NCBI GenBank assembly: GCA_963676915.2
Contig: CAXXVK010000057.1
Coordinates: 1-64,000 of the forward strand
DNA: 64,000 nt
From: Myxococcota bacterium
GTDB taxonomy: Bacteria; Myxococcota_A; SURF-8; G963663525
Direction of reading: 5' to 3'
In this document: one piece after another, positions 1 through 9,759 of the stretch
Layout of the letters: every line of letters begins with the position of its first letter
Numbering within the stretch: position 1 is the first letter of the stretch
Translations under genes and position numbers: made by a program
Notes under the pieces: generated by a model
The model's input: the letters and a program-made list of their open reading frames with translations, nothing else
Databases searched by the model: none
What the model was told of the DNA's origin: nothing

Positions 1-1
1 T

Positions 2-753
2 TTTCGTAACGAAATCGAGGAGTTGTCGTCGCTCGACGAACGCGGAGAACATCTGGAGCAGGAATTTCTCGCGGCACTGGAGTCGCTGGATGCCCTTGGC
101 AATGAATTGACCGGCAAACGGCAAAATGCCGCCCGACGATTCGAGCAGGATGTGGAACGGCGATTGGCGGCACTCGGCATGGCAGGCAGCCGGTTTCGGG
201 TGAACGTCGAAGCCTTGGTTTCGCGAGGAGAGGAAAACCTTGCCACCCCCAATCGTGCTTTTAGTTCCACGGGAGCGGACCGGGTGGAGTTTTTGCTTTC
301 CGCGAACAAAGGGCAAGACCTCAAACCCCTGAAAACCGTAGCTTCCGGCGGTGAACTGAGCCGAATCATGTTGGCCGTCAAAGAAGTACTGCTCGACCGC
401 GATCCCGTGGCAACCTGTGTTTTCGACGAAGTGGATTCGGGAATCGGCGGTGTCGTGGCTGGCAAGGTCGGTGACGCTATCGGACGGGTCGCCGGGGATC
501 GGCAGGTGATTTGCATCACCCATCTACCGCAGATCGCCGCCTATGGAGAAACGCACTTCAAAGTGGCAAATACGAACGCGACGGCTCGACCGTCGCCACG
601 TTGACCGAACTTACCGGAGAAGAAACGCGCTTGAACGAACTGGCCCGCATGATGGCAGGCGACGAAACCGGCCCACAGACCCTGGAAGCGGCCCGGCTTC
701 TTCGAGACAGCGCTACCAAAAACCGACAGTCTAAACAGGAGTTGGCCTCGTGA
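2..753 (+). CDS. recN: DNA repair protein RecN, C-terminal part (5'-truncated by window edge; apparent 1-nt frameshift near 570)
   Basis: ASGGELSRIMLA signature, Walker B FDEVDSGIGG and QVICITHLPQIAA in ORF 23..604. The RecN C-terminus (RLNELARMMAG...AA.LL) continues in ORF 511..753 after an A-run (gtggcaaatacgaa). Confidence 0.93.
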
Positions 754-1230
754 CACCGAATGCACTTACCGCTTTTCTGACGGTCTGGGGATCGCTTCCG
801 GCCACATTGTTCCTCGCACTGTGCGCTTATCCTTTAAGTGGCACCCAGGCTGGCAAAGCCGTGCTTGGCGTGGTGCTGGTCTCGTTTTTCTCGAATCTGA
901 TCAAATTCATCCGATTTCGTCCCCGACCGGACAATCCCACGGCACTCGTTTGCCGAACCCCTTGAAAGAAGAAGGCTCGTGGACGCTCAAACGTCTGATT
1001 TCCTTTGCCTTTTACGTAGATCAGGGTTCGTTCCCCTCGGTGCATGCGGCGCGGTCATTCTTATTGGCTGGGTTTTTTCCGCCTGGTTGGACACCGTCGG
1101 ATTGACGCTGTTGTTCTTCCTGCTGGCGACAGTCGTAGCCTGGACACGCGTCATTCGTCGTCGTCACCACATCAGCGATGTGATGGCCGGAGCCTTGCTG
1201 GGGTGTTTGATCGGTTGGCTTTTGATTTAA
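750..1230 (+). CDS. PAP2-family membrane phosphatase split over three frames (two apparent frameshifts)
   Basis: The three PAP2 motifs appear in order in successive frames: KFIRFRPRP (750..965), SFPSVH (821..1105), TRVIRRRHHISDV (979..1230). Hydrophobic segments are present. Confidence 0.8.
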
Positions 1231-1263
1231 CCCGTTCCGTTCAATCCATTTCGTCGTGAAACA

Positions 1264-2448
1264 TTATTTCCGGCAGATCAAAAAGCACTGGACACCGGCC
1301 TGCGGGACGTAATCCTTCAGATGTTTTTTCGATTTCCTCGGCAATTTCCACACCGAAGCGTCAACCGCTTGGAATTTCACGATATTTCGGTAGCCGGTTT
1401 CTACGATGGTAAACCCTGTTTCGTCCGAAACCTGTACCAAGGCTTCCATGGCCAGCGCTTTTTCGGAATGCGATTCACGGGCTTCGGGAAATACGGGTTC
1501 CTCGTATCCGGTAAGAAGTTTCAACGTCTCCAGAATTTCATTGAGATGGAACCGGATGTTGTTGACTTTGGCACAATCGGGGTCTCGGCAAAGATGCGGA
1601 TCGTTGATATAGAGGATGCCGCCCGGCTTTAAAACGCGCTTCATTTCCTCCATGATTCGTTTGGGTTGGCGATAGAAATGATGCAATACCGCTACGGCCG
1701 TTATCGCATCGAAACTATCATCCGCAAAAGGCAGATGTTCGGCATCTCCCCGCACGAACTGAAACCCCACGTTTTTAGAAGCCAGCTGGCAGCCTTCCAT
1801 CGTGATTTCAAGACCGAACCCCTCTAGTTTGTCGCCGTAGCGTTTTTCCAGAAGATAGGGAATCAACCCGATACCGCTACCGACATCCAGAAGCCGCAGC
1901 GGTTCCTCCGAGTCGGAAGCGATTTGATCCAATGCCGGGAAAAACGGATCGATTTTGCTCGTTTGGTACCAAAGGCTTTTGTTGAAATCGAAAAATTCCT
2001 GCGATTGGTAGAGTTCAACGTGGCTGGCGATTTCGTCCACGTGGTCCTCGATGGAATTGGCTGCGGATTTCGGTTCTTCTACGGGAGTCTGCTCTTCTTC
2101 CGCTTCCGGTGTCCATCTGGAGGTTATTTTTTTCAAGACATGGTAGCTTTTTTGCAATCCATGCTTGTAAAGAACCGGCGGAATCGTTTCCTCTGCCAGA
2201 CGAATGGCATACGGTCTGATTTTGGCCATCGGATGGAAAGCTTCGGAATCGTCTTCAGAAGTCTCGGGAGTTGTTTCGATTTCCGGCAGTTCGATGGGTT
2301 CGTTCAATTTGGGATAAAAATCCCAAACATTTTCTTCTTTTGAAAAATATAAGTTGCAGTTCGGACAGAAAAGCTTGTCGTCCACGGTTTGAAGGTCACC
2401 ACCGCATTCCGGGCAGCGAAAAAGATCGTGTTGGATCGTATTCCCCAT
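1264..2448 (-). CDS. Class I SAM-dependent methyltransferase with N-terminal Trm112-like zinc ribbon
   Basis: CPECGG...CPNC at the N-terminus; LLDVGSGIG, GDAEHLPFADDSFD and RVLKPGG motifs. Confidence 0.85.
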   Translation of the reverse strand: MGNTIQHDLFRCPECGGDLQTVDDKLFCPNCNLYFSKEENVWDFYPKLNEPIELPEIETTPETSEDDSEAFHPMAKIRPYAIRLAEETIPPVLYKHGLQKSYHVLKKITSRWTPEAEEEQTPVEEPKSAANSIEDHVDEIASHVELYQSQEFFDFNKSLWYQTSKIDPFFPALDQIASDSEEPLRLLDVGSGIGLIPYLLEKRYGDKLEGFGLEITMEGCQLASKNVGFQFVRGDAEHLPFADDSFDAITAVAVLHHFYRQPKRIMEEMKRVLKPGGILYINDPHLCRDPDCAKVNNIRFHLNEILETLKLLTGYEEPVFPEARESHSEKALAMEALVQVSDETGFTIVETGYRNIVKFQAVDASVWKLPRKSKKHLKDYVPQAGVQCFLICRK

Positions 2449-2501
2449 GTCACACCTTTCCTGACACTTTTTATCCTGCGTTCGTTTTCCGAAATGCTTC
2501 G

Positions 2502-3701
2502 CTATCGGTTTTCCGGGTCCGGAATGATGACCGCCGCCCGTTCGCCGTTACGCAGCACGAGCAGGGACAAGGGTTCTCCCTGGGGATGTTTTTCCAGCCC
2601 TCGTAGCAATTCCTCGAAATTCCCCAACGCTTCATCGTCCATTTCCAGAAGAATATCGCCATGTTGCAGACCGGCGCGTTGGGCGGGCGAGCCTTCGTAA
2701 ACCTTGTTGATCGTTGCTACCGGAGGAATGCCGGGGCCGATTTTCTCTACATCCTCGGGCAACAATTCGGTGATCTGCGCCCCAAGGCGAACGCCCCGCT
2801 TGACGTACGCAGGCGCTTCGTCACCCTTTTCAGCCAGTTTGGCGAGGGTCAGTTCGCCACGCAACGAAGCGAGTATCGAAGCCGGAACGGCGGCGGCCAA
2901 CTGGCCTTCCGGGCGAGGAATCACAAGCCCGGTCACGTGGCCTTCGAGATCCATCAGCACCGATCCGTGCAGTTGCTCGACATCGGGCAAAGCCAGGGTC
3001 AGCAAATGTCCCGGCTGGGCGGGATCGAAGGATTCAAGCGTGGTTTCCACGTTCACACCGGCCACGGTGACCGGTACGGCGACCGGTCCCGACGATGTGG
3101 CTTGCAGGGCAACGAGGTCTTCTCCCAAGGTGGCGGGCGAGGTGCGGATTTTCGCTTCCAGGTTTCCAAGGGCGCTCGATGCCTGCCAGAGCTGCACGTT
3201 CAAACCGTCCAAGGTTTGCACGGCTTCCAGGGTGGCGTCGTATTTGCCGATCTGGTAAACGGCGTAGCCTTCTTTCGGCAGTCCCAGACCGATAACGAGT
3301 TTCTCCGGTCCTCCCAAAATCAACCCTGTTCCCAAGGTGATGCCTTCGGCGGCGTTGCGTTCCGCTTTGGCGATCAGCGGATGCACGTAGCGACCGGCGG
3401 CCCGAGTAACGACCTGGGCACGGTTCGGTTTCTGGTTGGCCTGGGTCACCAACACCACCGGAGGAAGTTTTTTCCCGTAGTTCATCGAGGAATCCGGCTG
3501 AACCTCCGTTTTTTTCTTAACGACGGGCGGTTTCGGTTTCGGCGGAATAGGCTTGTTGGGATCGCGCTTGGGAAAAGCTTCCAAGGCCTGGGTCGCCAAG
3601 CCTGCCATTTCTCCGAGATCCCGGCGATCATGACAGGCACAAAGCAAGCACGACAGGCACAACACGAAAAGCAGCATCAATCTGGGCATGGTCGATCCCA
3701 T
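2502..3701 (-). CDS. Lipoprotein with degenerate trypsin-like (S1C) region and C-terminal PDZ domain
   Basis: Lipobox-like LLCAC; GSVLMDLEGHVTGLV resembles HtrA GGPLVNxxGxVIGI; PDZ motif VYEGSPAQRAGLQHGDILL. Confidence 0.7.
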   Translation of the reverse strand: MGSTMPRLMLLFVLCLSCLLCACHDRRDLGEMAGLATQALEAFPKRDPNKPIPPKPKPPVVKKKTEVQPDSSMNYGKKLPPVVLVTQANQKPNRAQVVTRAAGRYVHPLIAKAERNAAEGITLGTGLILGGPEKLVIGLGLPKEGYAVYQIGKYDATLEAVQTLDGLNVQLWQASSALGNLEAKIRTSPATLGEDLVALQATSSGPVAVPVTVAGVNVETTLESFDPAQPGHLLTLALPDVEQLHGSVLMDLEGHVTGLVIPRPEGQLAAAVPASILASLRGELTLAKLAEKGDEAPAYVKRGVRLGAQITELLPEDVEKIGPGIPPVATINKVYEGSPAQRAGLQHGDILLEMDDEALGNFEELLRGLEKHPQGEPLSLLVLRNGERAAVIIPDPENR

Positions 3702-3702
3702 G

Positions 3703-4122
3703 TTATTTCGATTTCTGAACGGCCTGCACGAAATGAAGGTGCAATTCGTGAAGCAGGCTGGAAAGCATTTTGGCTTCTTCGTCGGTGAGGTTACCCCGTG
3801 TTTTTTCGGTCAGCAACTCCAAAATATCCACCGTGTTCTTCGCCAACAGCAGATCTTTGTGTTTTTTCTGGGTTTCCGGGTTGGGAATTTCCCCAAGCGC
3901 CAGCAATCCCTGCGTGAACAGCGAATAGACGAACGTTGCGAAATCAATGGCTTTCGGCGGGGTATTTCCACCTTTCGGGGGAACCGCCTCTGCTGCCGGA
4001 CGGGGAGTTTCCTCCACGTTTTCACGAACTTCGCCGCGTTCGTCCACACGCCTTTTGTCCGTAACCTTGATCTTTTCTTCCACGTCTCCGGCCTCAGGCC
4101 GCTTGTTGTCGCCGTCGGTCAT
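3703..4122 (-). CDS. DUF1844-domain protein
   Basis: FATFVYSL...LGEIPNP...AKNTVDILELLTEKTRGNLTDEE pattern; ATG at 4122 with GGAGGG RBS. Confidence 0.85.
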   Translation of the reverse strand: MTDGDNKRPEAGDVEEKIKVTDKRRVDERGEVRENVEETPRPAAEAVPPKGGNTPPKAIDFATFVYSLFTQGLLALGEIPNPETQKKHKDLLLAKNTVDILELLTEKTRGNLTDEEAKMLSSLLHELHLHFVQAVQKSK

Positions 4123-4350
4123 CTCAAACCCTCCAAAGGCAGGCAAGAAAGGACATAATTATATATTGAAACGAAAAATAACGAAAGAAGTTTCCTGTTA
4201 CCGACGCTTTGAAAACACCGGTAAACGAACCTTCGATTGATATTGTAGTTACCATCACCGTTTCCGCAACCTCTGTGGAGATTGCATCCTTTACCTTATA
4301 GGATGGGGTCCGGAGGCTGTCAAGAAACGGTGGGTTTCCCACGTTCCCTT

Positions 4351-5640
4351 CTACTCGTGATGATCCCCGCCTTTTCCATGGTTGTGACCGTGGCTGTGGC
4401 GATGTTCATGATCGTGTGTATGGGGACCGTCCGGCGTCGCATCGTGGCTGTGGCCGTGGTCGTCACCCGTCGAGTGATCATGGCTGTGTGCATGAACGTG
4501 CGTATGTTCGTGCTCGTGGGATTCACCCGTATGGACGTGCTCGTGATCCCCACCGTGACCATGGTTGTGTCCGTGGCTGTGATGATGTTCGTGGTCGTGG
4601 CTGTGCGGACCTTCGGGGGCCGAATCGTGGCTGTGGCCGTGATCGTCGCCGGTCGAGTGGTCATGGCTGTGGTCGTGATGGTGAACATGCTCGTGCACGT
4701 GGGGGGAGCTGTCGTGTTCCTGCTCGACATGGGCATGGTGTTCGTGGTCCGAATCGTGGCCGTGGGTATGCCCGTGGCTATGAGAATGCTCGTGGCCGTG
4801 GCTGTGCGGACCTTCGGGGGCCGAATCGTGGCTATGTCCATGGTCGTCGCCGGTCGAATGATCGTGGTCGTGCTCGTGGACGTGGGTATGCGGATGCACG
4901 TGAGGCTCGTCCGGTGTGCCTTCATGACCGTGATCGTGAACGATATCATGGGCATGGGAATGCTCGTGCTCGTGTTTGTGCGGGCCGTCGCCACCGTGTT
5001 CGTGCTTGTGAACGTGACTGTGCGTATGGGTATGCGCATGATCGTGGGTATGCGCATGATCGTGGGTATGCGGATGCTTGTGGTCTCCGTGATGCGCATG
5101 GTCGTGACCATGGCTGTGACCGTGCTCATGGTCGTGATCGTGAGGAATACCCCGAATGTGCTGCATCAGATGGTCGGCGGAACCTTCCACATCATCCAGC
5201 CATCCGCTGTTGGCATCATCTTTGTCGTCCAAGCCCTTGATATATGGCTTGAGATCCAGCACGGGTGTACCGTCGAAGACATCCACGCCGTAGGTGTGAA
5301 TCACGTTTCCTTCGATCTTGACGATGGGTACGATATGCAGACCGATCGGGTTCGGACGTCGCGGGCTGCGCGAGGCGAACAAACCCACCTGCTTGCCTTT
5401 GGCCCATGGGGGAGTTGCCAGGGTTTCGACCGGTTTGGACCCCTGGTCCAGCCAGGTCAGGACCATCACGTAACGGAAGCGGTCCAGATCGCGCAGAGCC
5501 GGAACCCATGCTTCATCGAGTTCGATACGGCAGGCGGCGCCTTCGCGTTCCAGCGGTTGATTGGGGGTAAAATCGGGATCGAATGGACTATGCACGACGC
5601 CGATCGGCGAGAACAACGGTTTTTCGGACGTGTTGGACAT
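4351..5640 (-). CDS. tsaA: TsaA/TrmO-like SAM-binding methyltransferase domain fused to a long His-rich tail
   Basis: PIGVVHSPF, GLFASRSPRRPNPIGLH and GVDVFDGTPVLDLKPYI motifs of the TrmO_N/UPF0066 domain, followed by 263 aa of HxH repeats. Confidence 0.88.
   Translation of the reverse strand: MSNTSEKPLFSPIGVVHSPFDPDFTPNQPLEREGAACRIELDEAWVPALRDLDRFRYVMVLTWLDQGSKPVETLATPPWAKGKQVGLFASRSPRRPNPIGLHIVPIVKIEGNVIHTYGVDVFDGTPVLDLKPYIKGLDDKDDANSGWLDDVEGSADHLMQHIRGIPHDHDHEHGHSHGHDHAHHGDHKHPHTHDHAHTHDHAHTHTHSHVHKHEHGGDGPHKHEHEHSHAHDIVHDHGHEGTPDEPHVHPHTHVHEHDHDHSTGDDHGHSHDSAPEGPHSHGHEHSHSHGHTHGHDSDHEHHAHVEQEHDSSPHVHEHVHHHDHSHDHSTGDDHGHSHDSAPEGPHSHDHEHHHSHGHNHGHGGDHEHVHTGESHEHEHTHVHAHSHDHSTGDDHGHSHDATPDGPHTHDHEHRHSHGHNHGKGGDHHE
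4354..5142 (-). repeat. Coding His-Xaa repeat array with three ~60-67 aa units (HSTGDDHGHSHD(S/A)(A/T)P(E/D)GPH)
   Basis: The unit is seen three times in translation; an identical 36-bp DNA copy lies at 4597-4632 and 4798-4833. Confidence 0.95.
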
Positions 5641-5838
5641 GACGATCTCCCTGTATGAAATGTCGAATCACTCGGAACCTTTTTAGAATAAGAACACTTT
5701 AGGCTCGGGGCAAGCCAAAACGTCACAAGGGATATCGGAAATTCGCTTTCGTCCTCCCTTGACATCCCGCTGAATTGCACCAATTTATCTGAAAAGATTT
5801 CAATGAGAGAATTGATAAATTATTTCAAGGAGGTTCCC

Positions 5839-6303
5839 ATGTTAGAAACCGGACAATCGATACCGTCGTTCTCTTTGCCCGATCAAAGCGGCGAAAACAA
5901 ATCATTTCAGGATCTTAGCGGGAAAAAGGGCTTGGTGCTCTACGCTTATCCCAAGGACAACACCCCCGGATGCACGGTGGAAGCCCAGCAGTTTACCGAG
6001 CTGGTCGGTGCCTTCGAGAAACTCGGGTTCCATGTGGTGGGTATTTCCAAGGATTCCGTGAAAAGCCACTGCAATTTCACGGACAAATTCAACCTCGGTT
6101 TTCCTTTGTTGAGCGATCCGGAAAAAGTCCTGCTCGAACCTCTGGGCGCGTGGGGTGAAAAGAAAATGTACGGCAAAGTGTCGATGGGCATCATTCGTTC
6201 CACGTTCATCGCCGACGCCGATGGAAAACTGCTGAAAGTCTACAAAAACGTCAAAGCCAAAGGCCACGCCGAAAAGGTGCTTGCTTTTGTGGAAGGTTTG
6301 TAA
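5839..6303 (+). CDS. bcp: Peroxiredoxin, BCP/PrxQ family
   Basis: YAYPKDNTPGCTVEAQQF with peroxidatic Cys, GISKDS, IIRSTFI; AAGGAGG RBS before ATG 5839. Confidence 0.93.
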   Translation: MLETGQSIPSFSLPDQSGENKSFQDLSGKKGLVLYAYPKDNTPGCTVEAQQFTELVGAFEKLGFHVVGISKDSVKSHCNFTDKFNLGFPLLSDPEKVLLEPLGAWGEKKMYGKVSMGIIRSTFIADADGKLLKVYKNVKAKGHAEKVLAFVEGL

Positions 6304-6327
6304 GTCGTATCAGGAACCGGGGAAGGA

Positions 6328-6654
6328 TCAACCTTCCTCGTCACCTTCGGGCATGCAGTTGTATAGCAACGTCGGGTAGCCATCCTCGCAAGCGGACGAC
6401 TCGACGCAATCCGCCGTTGCGCGAGAGTAGCCCTCTTCGTTACATTCTTTGACGCAATCGTCCCACACGGGATCGGAAGTGGCGGGCAGGCACTCGCGCA
6501 TTTTGTCGCAAATCCGCTTGCAGTTGAAGGTTTCCTCGTGAATACCGGGAAAGTCGTTGAGTCCGGGCGCACTGCAAGACCCAAGCCCGAAGGCCAGCAA
6601 TCCAACGAATAAAACCTTCGAAATCGCGCCACATCGTTTCATCGAAGTTTTCAC
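6328..6654 (-). CDS. Small Cys-rich lipoprotein
   Basis: Signal peptide ending LGSC; CxxxCxxxxxC...CxxxC...CxxxxxC pattern. Confidence 0.7.
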   Translation of the reverse strand: MKTSMKRCGAISKVLFVGLLAFGLGSCSAPGLNDFPGIHEETFNCKRICDKMRECLPATSDPVWDDCVKECNEEGYSRATADCVESSACEDGYPTLLYNCMPEGDEEG

Positions 6655-6689
6655 CTCAACAATCTGTCAAGCACATTTCCAATGCTCAG

Positions 6690-6752
6690 GTAGGTTGGGC
6701 AAATATCTGGTCCGAAAGTGATGACGTCGGGCAAGAAATTTGCCCGACCTAC
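6690..6752. repeat. REPIN-like doublet of GTAG-type REP hairpins
   Basis: GTAGGTTGGGCAAATATCTGGTCCGA followed by inverted GTCGGGCAAGAAATTTGCCCGACCTAC; the same family recurs across the window. Confidence 0.85.
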
Positions 6753-6765
6753 TGCTTAGAGCTAA

Positions 6766-6857
6766 GGGTGCCACGGTCTTCGATTCGAAGAGTCGATGGC
6801 CGTGCAATCTATTGGAATCTCACGGCCATTGCCCTTCGGGTAAAGACCGTGGCACCC
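6766..6857. repeat. Palindromic REP/MITE-like element (GGGTGCCAC family)
   Basis: Perfect 15-bp terminal inverted repeat GGGTGCCACGGTCTT/AAGACCGTGGCACCC with an inner 9-bp inverted repeat ATGGCCGTG/CACGGCCAT. Confidence 0.75.
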
Positions 6858-6964
6858 ATCGTTACCATGGTTTCCTAATGTTGGAGCAAGACTCCCGTCC
6901 TACTCCTCGTATTTGTCTTATCCCGTTCGTTCAAGCTATCGGGTTGGAGACCCTCTATGCGCCT

Positions 6965-9664
6965 CTACAGGCTTTCCTCCCGGCGAACCATCAGCGCCAG
7001 CACGAACAGGACCAACAAGAGCGGCAACCAATGTCCGGCACCGGTTTCCTGGCATCCGCTGGAGGATTTCTTTTCCTCGTCTTCGTCGCCCGGATTGACC
7101 GTGCCGTCGCTATCCGTTCCGCCGTCTACGGTGTCCGCCGCTTCCAGATCTTCGTCTCCGCCGCTGGACGTTCCGGCGATGGTGAACGTATTGCTGGTCA
7201 GAGGCAGGCCGAGCAGGCTGGAACCGCCAAGATCCACGTCGTCTTCATCGATGATGTAGTAGATAAACCGCCCGGCCTTGGCCAGGTGCGAAAACTCCAC
7301 TTCCATCGTCATGTTGTAAACCTGGCCCGCCGTCAGCGATTTTCCGACGTTGAAGGTCAATTTCTGGTCGTCGGATTCCGGCGTCACTTCCGCAATCAGG
7401 TCGCCTTTGACCCCATCGGCGGTTTCGTACAGCTTGTAGGCTACGATGTCGTCCGGGTCGTAAATGGTTCCTTTGGGCTGCAACGAGAATGCGTTGAACG
7501 TCACGGCTTTCACGGCGGTCAGCCGGAAATCGATCAGATCGTGGGCCTGATCCGCTTCGATGTCGCCCGCCGGAAGCGTCGTATCGGCGATTTCGAAAGT
7601 CGCTTCGGTGGTGTCGTCGGGAATCTGCACCATGCGCGATTCGACGGGAAGACCGCGAACTTTGCCATCGACGGACACGCGGCTTTCTTTGATTTCGAGC
7701 TGCATCTTCGAGTCGGTTCCCGCATCTTCGGAAATATCGACCGCCAGCACCAGGTTGATGTCGTCCCGGTTGGACAGCCTGAACTCCTTGAGGTGTTCGG
7801 CGTTGTTGAAGGTCAACGCATTGCCGGACCACGGAGTTCCCGATTCTCCGAAGAGCGTATCGCCGTCGTCCAGTTGTCCGTCGTTGTTTTCGTCGATGGC
7901 CAGCCACCCTCTCGTGAGCAGACTGGAGTCGAACTCGCCATCCTCTTTCGGCGTGAAAACGAGTGTATTGATACGAACCTGGTCTTCTTCATCGCCTGCG
8001 ACGAACAGGTTGAGTTGCAATACGGTAACTTTTTCTTCACCCGGCAGCACGAAACGATAGCTGGAGTTATGGCTTGCGCCCTGGCTGAAGGTCACCTCGG
8101 CTTCCAGGCTTTCTTCCTGAATGTTGTGCGTGACCGGCTTTCCGCCGTTGGTGAAGTAGACGTTGCCGTCGTTCGAGATGATTTCGGCGGTGTTTTTGAC
8201 GATTTGTTCCTTGTTGGCGGTGGTTTTCACCCGGCAGCGGACTTCCACCTGCTGCTTGTATTCCTCGCCTGGGAAGAATTCTTCGGACAAAAACAGACCT
8301 TTTTCCGTCATCAGCGGGGAAAAGCCGTCGAGTGTGTCCTCCAGGGCGATTTCCACGCCGTTTTTGATCAGAACGGTGGAACCGGCGATGTAATCGACGA
8401 CATCCAGCGGCAGGGTATCTTTGAGGTATACATCGCTCGCCACGTCTTCGCCGCAGTTCTGAATACGAATCACGTACAGGAATTCCTGACCGGGATACAG
8501 GTAGGTTCCATCGGCGACGCTGGCCAGTTTTTCCGGTTCGTCGGGAATGTCGAAACTGGGGTTTTTCGTCTTGATGGCGATCAGGAAATAGTTGGTGAGA
8601 ATCTGATCCTGCCCGGCGGAAATCGACACGTCGGCAAAGGTATCGCCCAGCGTCAACGCGCCGCCGACGGCGAAGGTATCCAGGTCGACACCGTATTGGT
8701 TGATCCGGCAGCCGTTCTCGTTCTCTTCGAGGTGGGCGTTGATCGTACCGTTGAATACGTTGTCGGGAACGTTGCATTCGGTGCGTTCCGGGTTGGGGTT
8801 GTCGGGATCGGTATCGAACAGCAGTACGTCATTGAACCGTAACTCTTCGTTATGCGTAAGGAATCCCGTTCCGCTGATGGCAGGATCACCCTCGCCGATG
8901 AAAAACGTCGCCTTGGCGTCGGGATCTTCCGGCACGGTGAACCCGGAGGGACGTAGTTGCAGCACCGAATCGCGGGTCAATTGGAAATCGGTATAGTAAT
9001 AGATGCGTTTCGCTTCGCCTTCCGGCACGTTGTAGACCAACAGAATCGACCAGCCCGCCAGCGCGGTGGTCAACAGTTTGTAGGGTTCATCCACATAAGC
9101 GCCATCGAAACCGGTGATTTTGTATTCGCCGTTGAGCGGTTTTCCCTGGGTTTCGTGGTGGTCTTTGATCGCGTCGGTGATATCCACCCGGAACGTGAAA
9201 TACTTGAACACCGCGTCCACTCCGGCGGCGTCGGCATCGACGAACTCGATGCTTTGGAACTGCTCGGGGTCGGTCGCGTCGCCGGTAACGAGAATCGGCT
9301 CCACATCGGTCGTTCCCGCCGGTTGAGGCGGAAGAACTTCGATGGTGTTGTCAATGATTCCGGTATCGGGATCGACGGAACCCATCCAGACGAAATAAGC
9401 CTTGAGCAGGTTCACATCGTCGGGAATTCCCAGTAATTTCGCCTTGGATTTGCTAGTCAGGCTGTCTCCCTGGCCGTCCGGGGTACCGAGCAGACAACCG
9501 AAAGCGCTGGCCTGGCACAAGTCTTCCATGAACGTTCCACCGGTGGTGGCATAGTCCACATTGCCTTCCCATTTATCGGTCGGTTCGAGCGCCTGGGCGG
9601 ACGATATCGCGAAAAACATCCATAAAACGGTGGAAAGCAAACACATGCGTGAAGATAGCTTCAT
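6965..9664 (-). CDS. Large secreted protein with DUF11-like domain and MYXO-CTERM-like C-terminal sorting signal
   Basis: Signal peptide (..AQA); PGQEFLYVIRIQNCGEDVASDVYLKDTLP (DUF11-like); acidic linker then SSSGCQETGAGHWLPLLLVLFVLALMVRR. Confidence 0.8.
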   Translation of the reverse strand: MKLSSRMCLLSTVLWMFFAISSAQALEPTDKWEGNVDYATTGGTFMEDLCQASAFGCLLGTPDGQGDSLTSKSKAKLLGIPDDVNLLKAYFVWMGSVDPDTGIIDNTIEVLPPQPAGTTDVEPILVTGDATDPEQFQSIEFVDADAAGVDAVFKYFTFRVDITDAIKDHHETQGKPLNGEYKITGFDGAYVDEPYKLLTTALAGWSILLVYNVPEGEAKRIYYYTDFQLTRDSVLQLRPSGFTVPEDPDAKATFFIGEGDPAISGTGFLTHNEELRFNDVLLFDTDPDNPNPERTECNVPDNVFNGTINAHLEENENGCRINQYGVDLDTFAVGGALTLGDTFADVSISAGQDQILTNYFLIAIKTKNPSFDIPDEPEKLASVADGTYLYPGQEFLYVIRIQNCGEDVASDVYLKDTLPLDVVDYIAGSTVLIKNGVEIALEDTLDGFSPLMTEKGLFLSEEFFPGEEYKQQVEVRCRVKTTANKEQIVKNTAEIISNDGNVYFTNGGKPVTHNIQEESLEAEVTFSQGASHNSSYRFVLPGEEKVTVLQLNLFVAGDEEDQVRINTLVFTPKEDGEFDSSLLTRGWLAIDENNDGQLDDGDTLFGESGTPWSGNALTFNNAEHLKEFRLSNRDDINLVLAVDISEDAGTDSKMQLEIKESRVSVDGKVRGLPVESRMVQIPDDTTEATFEIADTTLPAGDIEADQAHDLIDFRLTAVKAVTFNAFSLQPKGTIYDPDDIVAYKLYETADGVKGDLIAEVTPESDDQKLTFNVGKSLTAGQVYNMTMEVEFSHLAKAGRFIYYIIDEDDVDLGGSSLLGLPLTSNTFTIAGTSSGGDEDLEAADTVDGGTDSDGTVNPGDEDEEKKSSSGCQETGAGHWLPLLLVLFVLALMVRREESL

Positions 9665-9759
9665 TGGTAACTCCTGACCTAAGCTGCTTGTTCGGCGTCT
9701 AATTCCGAATTTCTATATTTATCGTTTCGGCGGGGGGTGTGTCAAATTTTACCGTGGGT

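Noticed and set aside
4282-5658. Val/Met-rich and Thr-rich alternative ORFs over the His array
   Set aside because: Other frames of the CAC/CAT repeats; only the minus frame is continuous with the TsaA domain.
6740-8842. 700-aa plus-strand ORF, and similar long overlaps such as 28455..30230 and 30954..32375
   Set aside because: Antisense to well-supported genes in GC-rich DNA, with no recognisable motifs.
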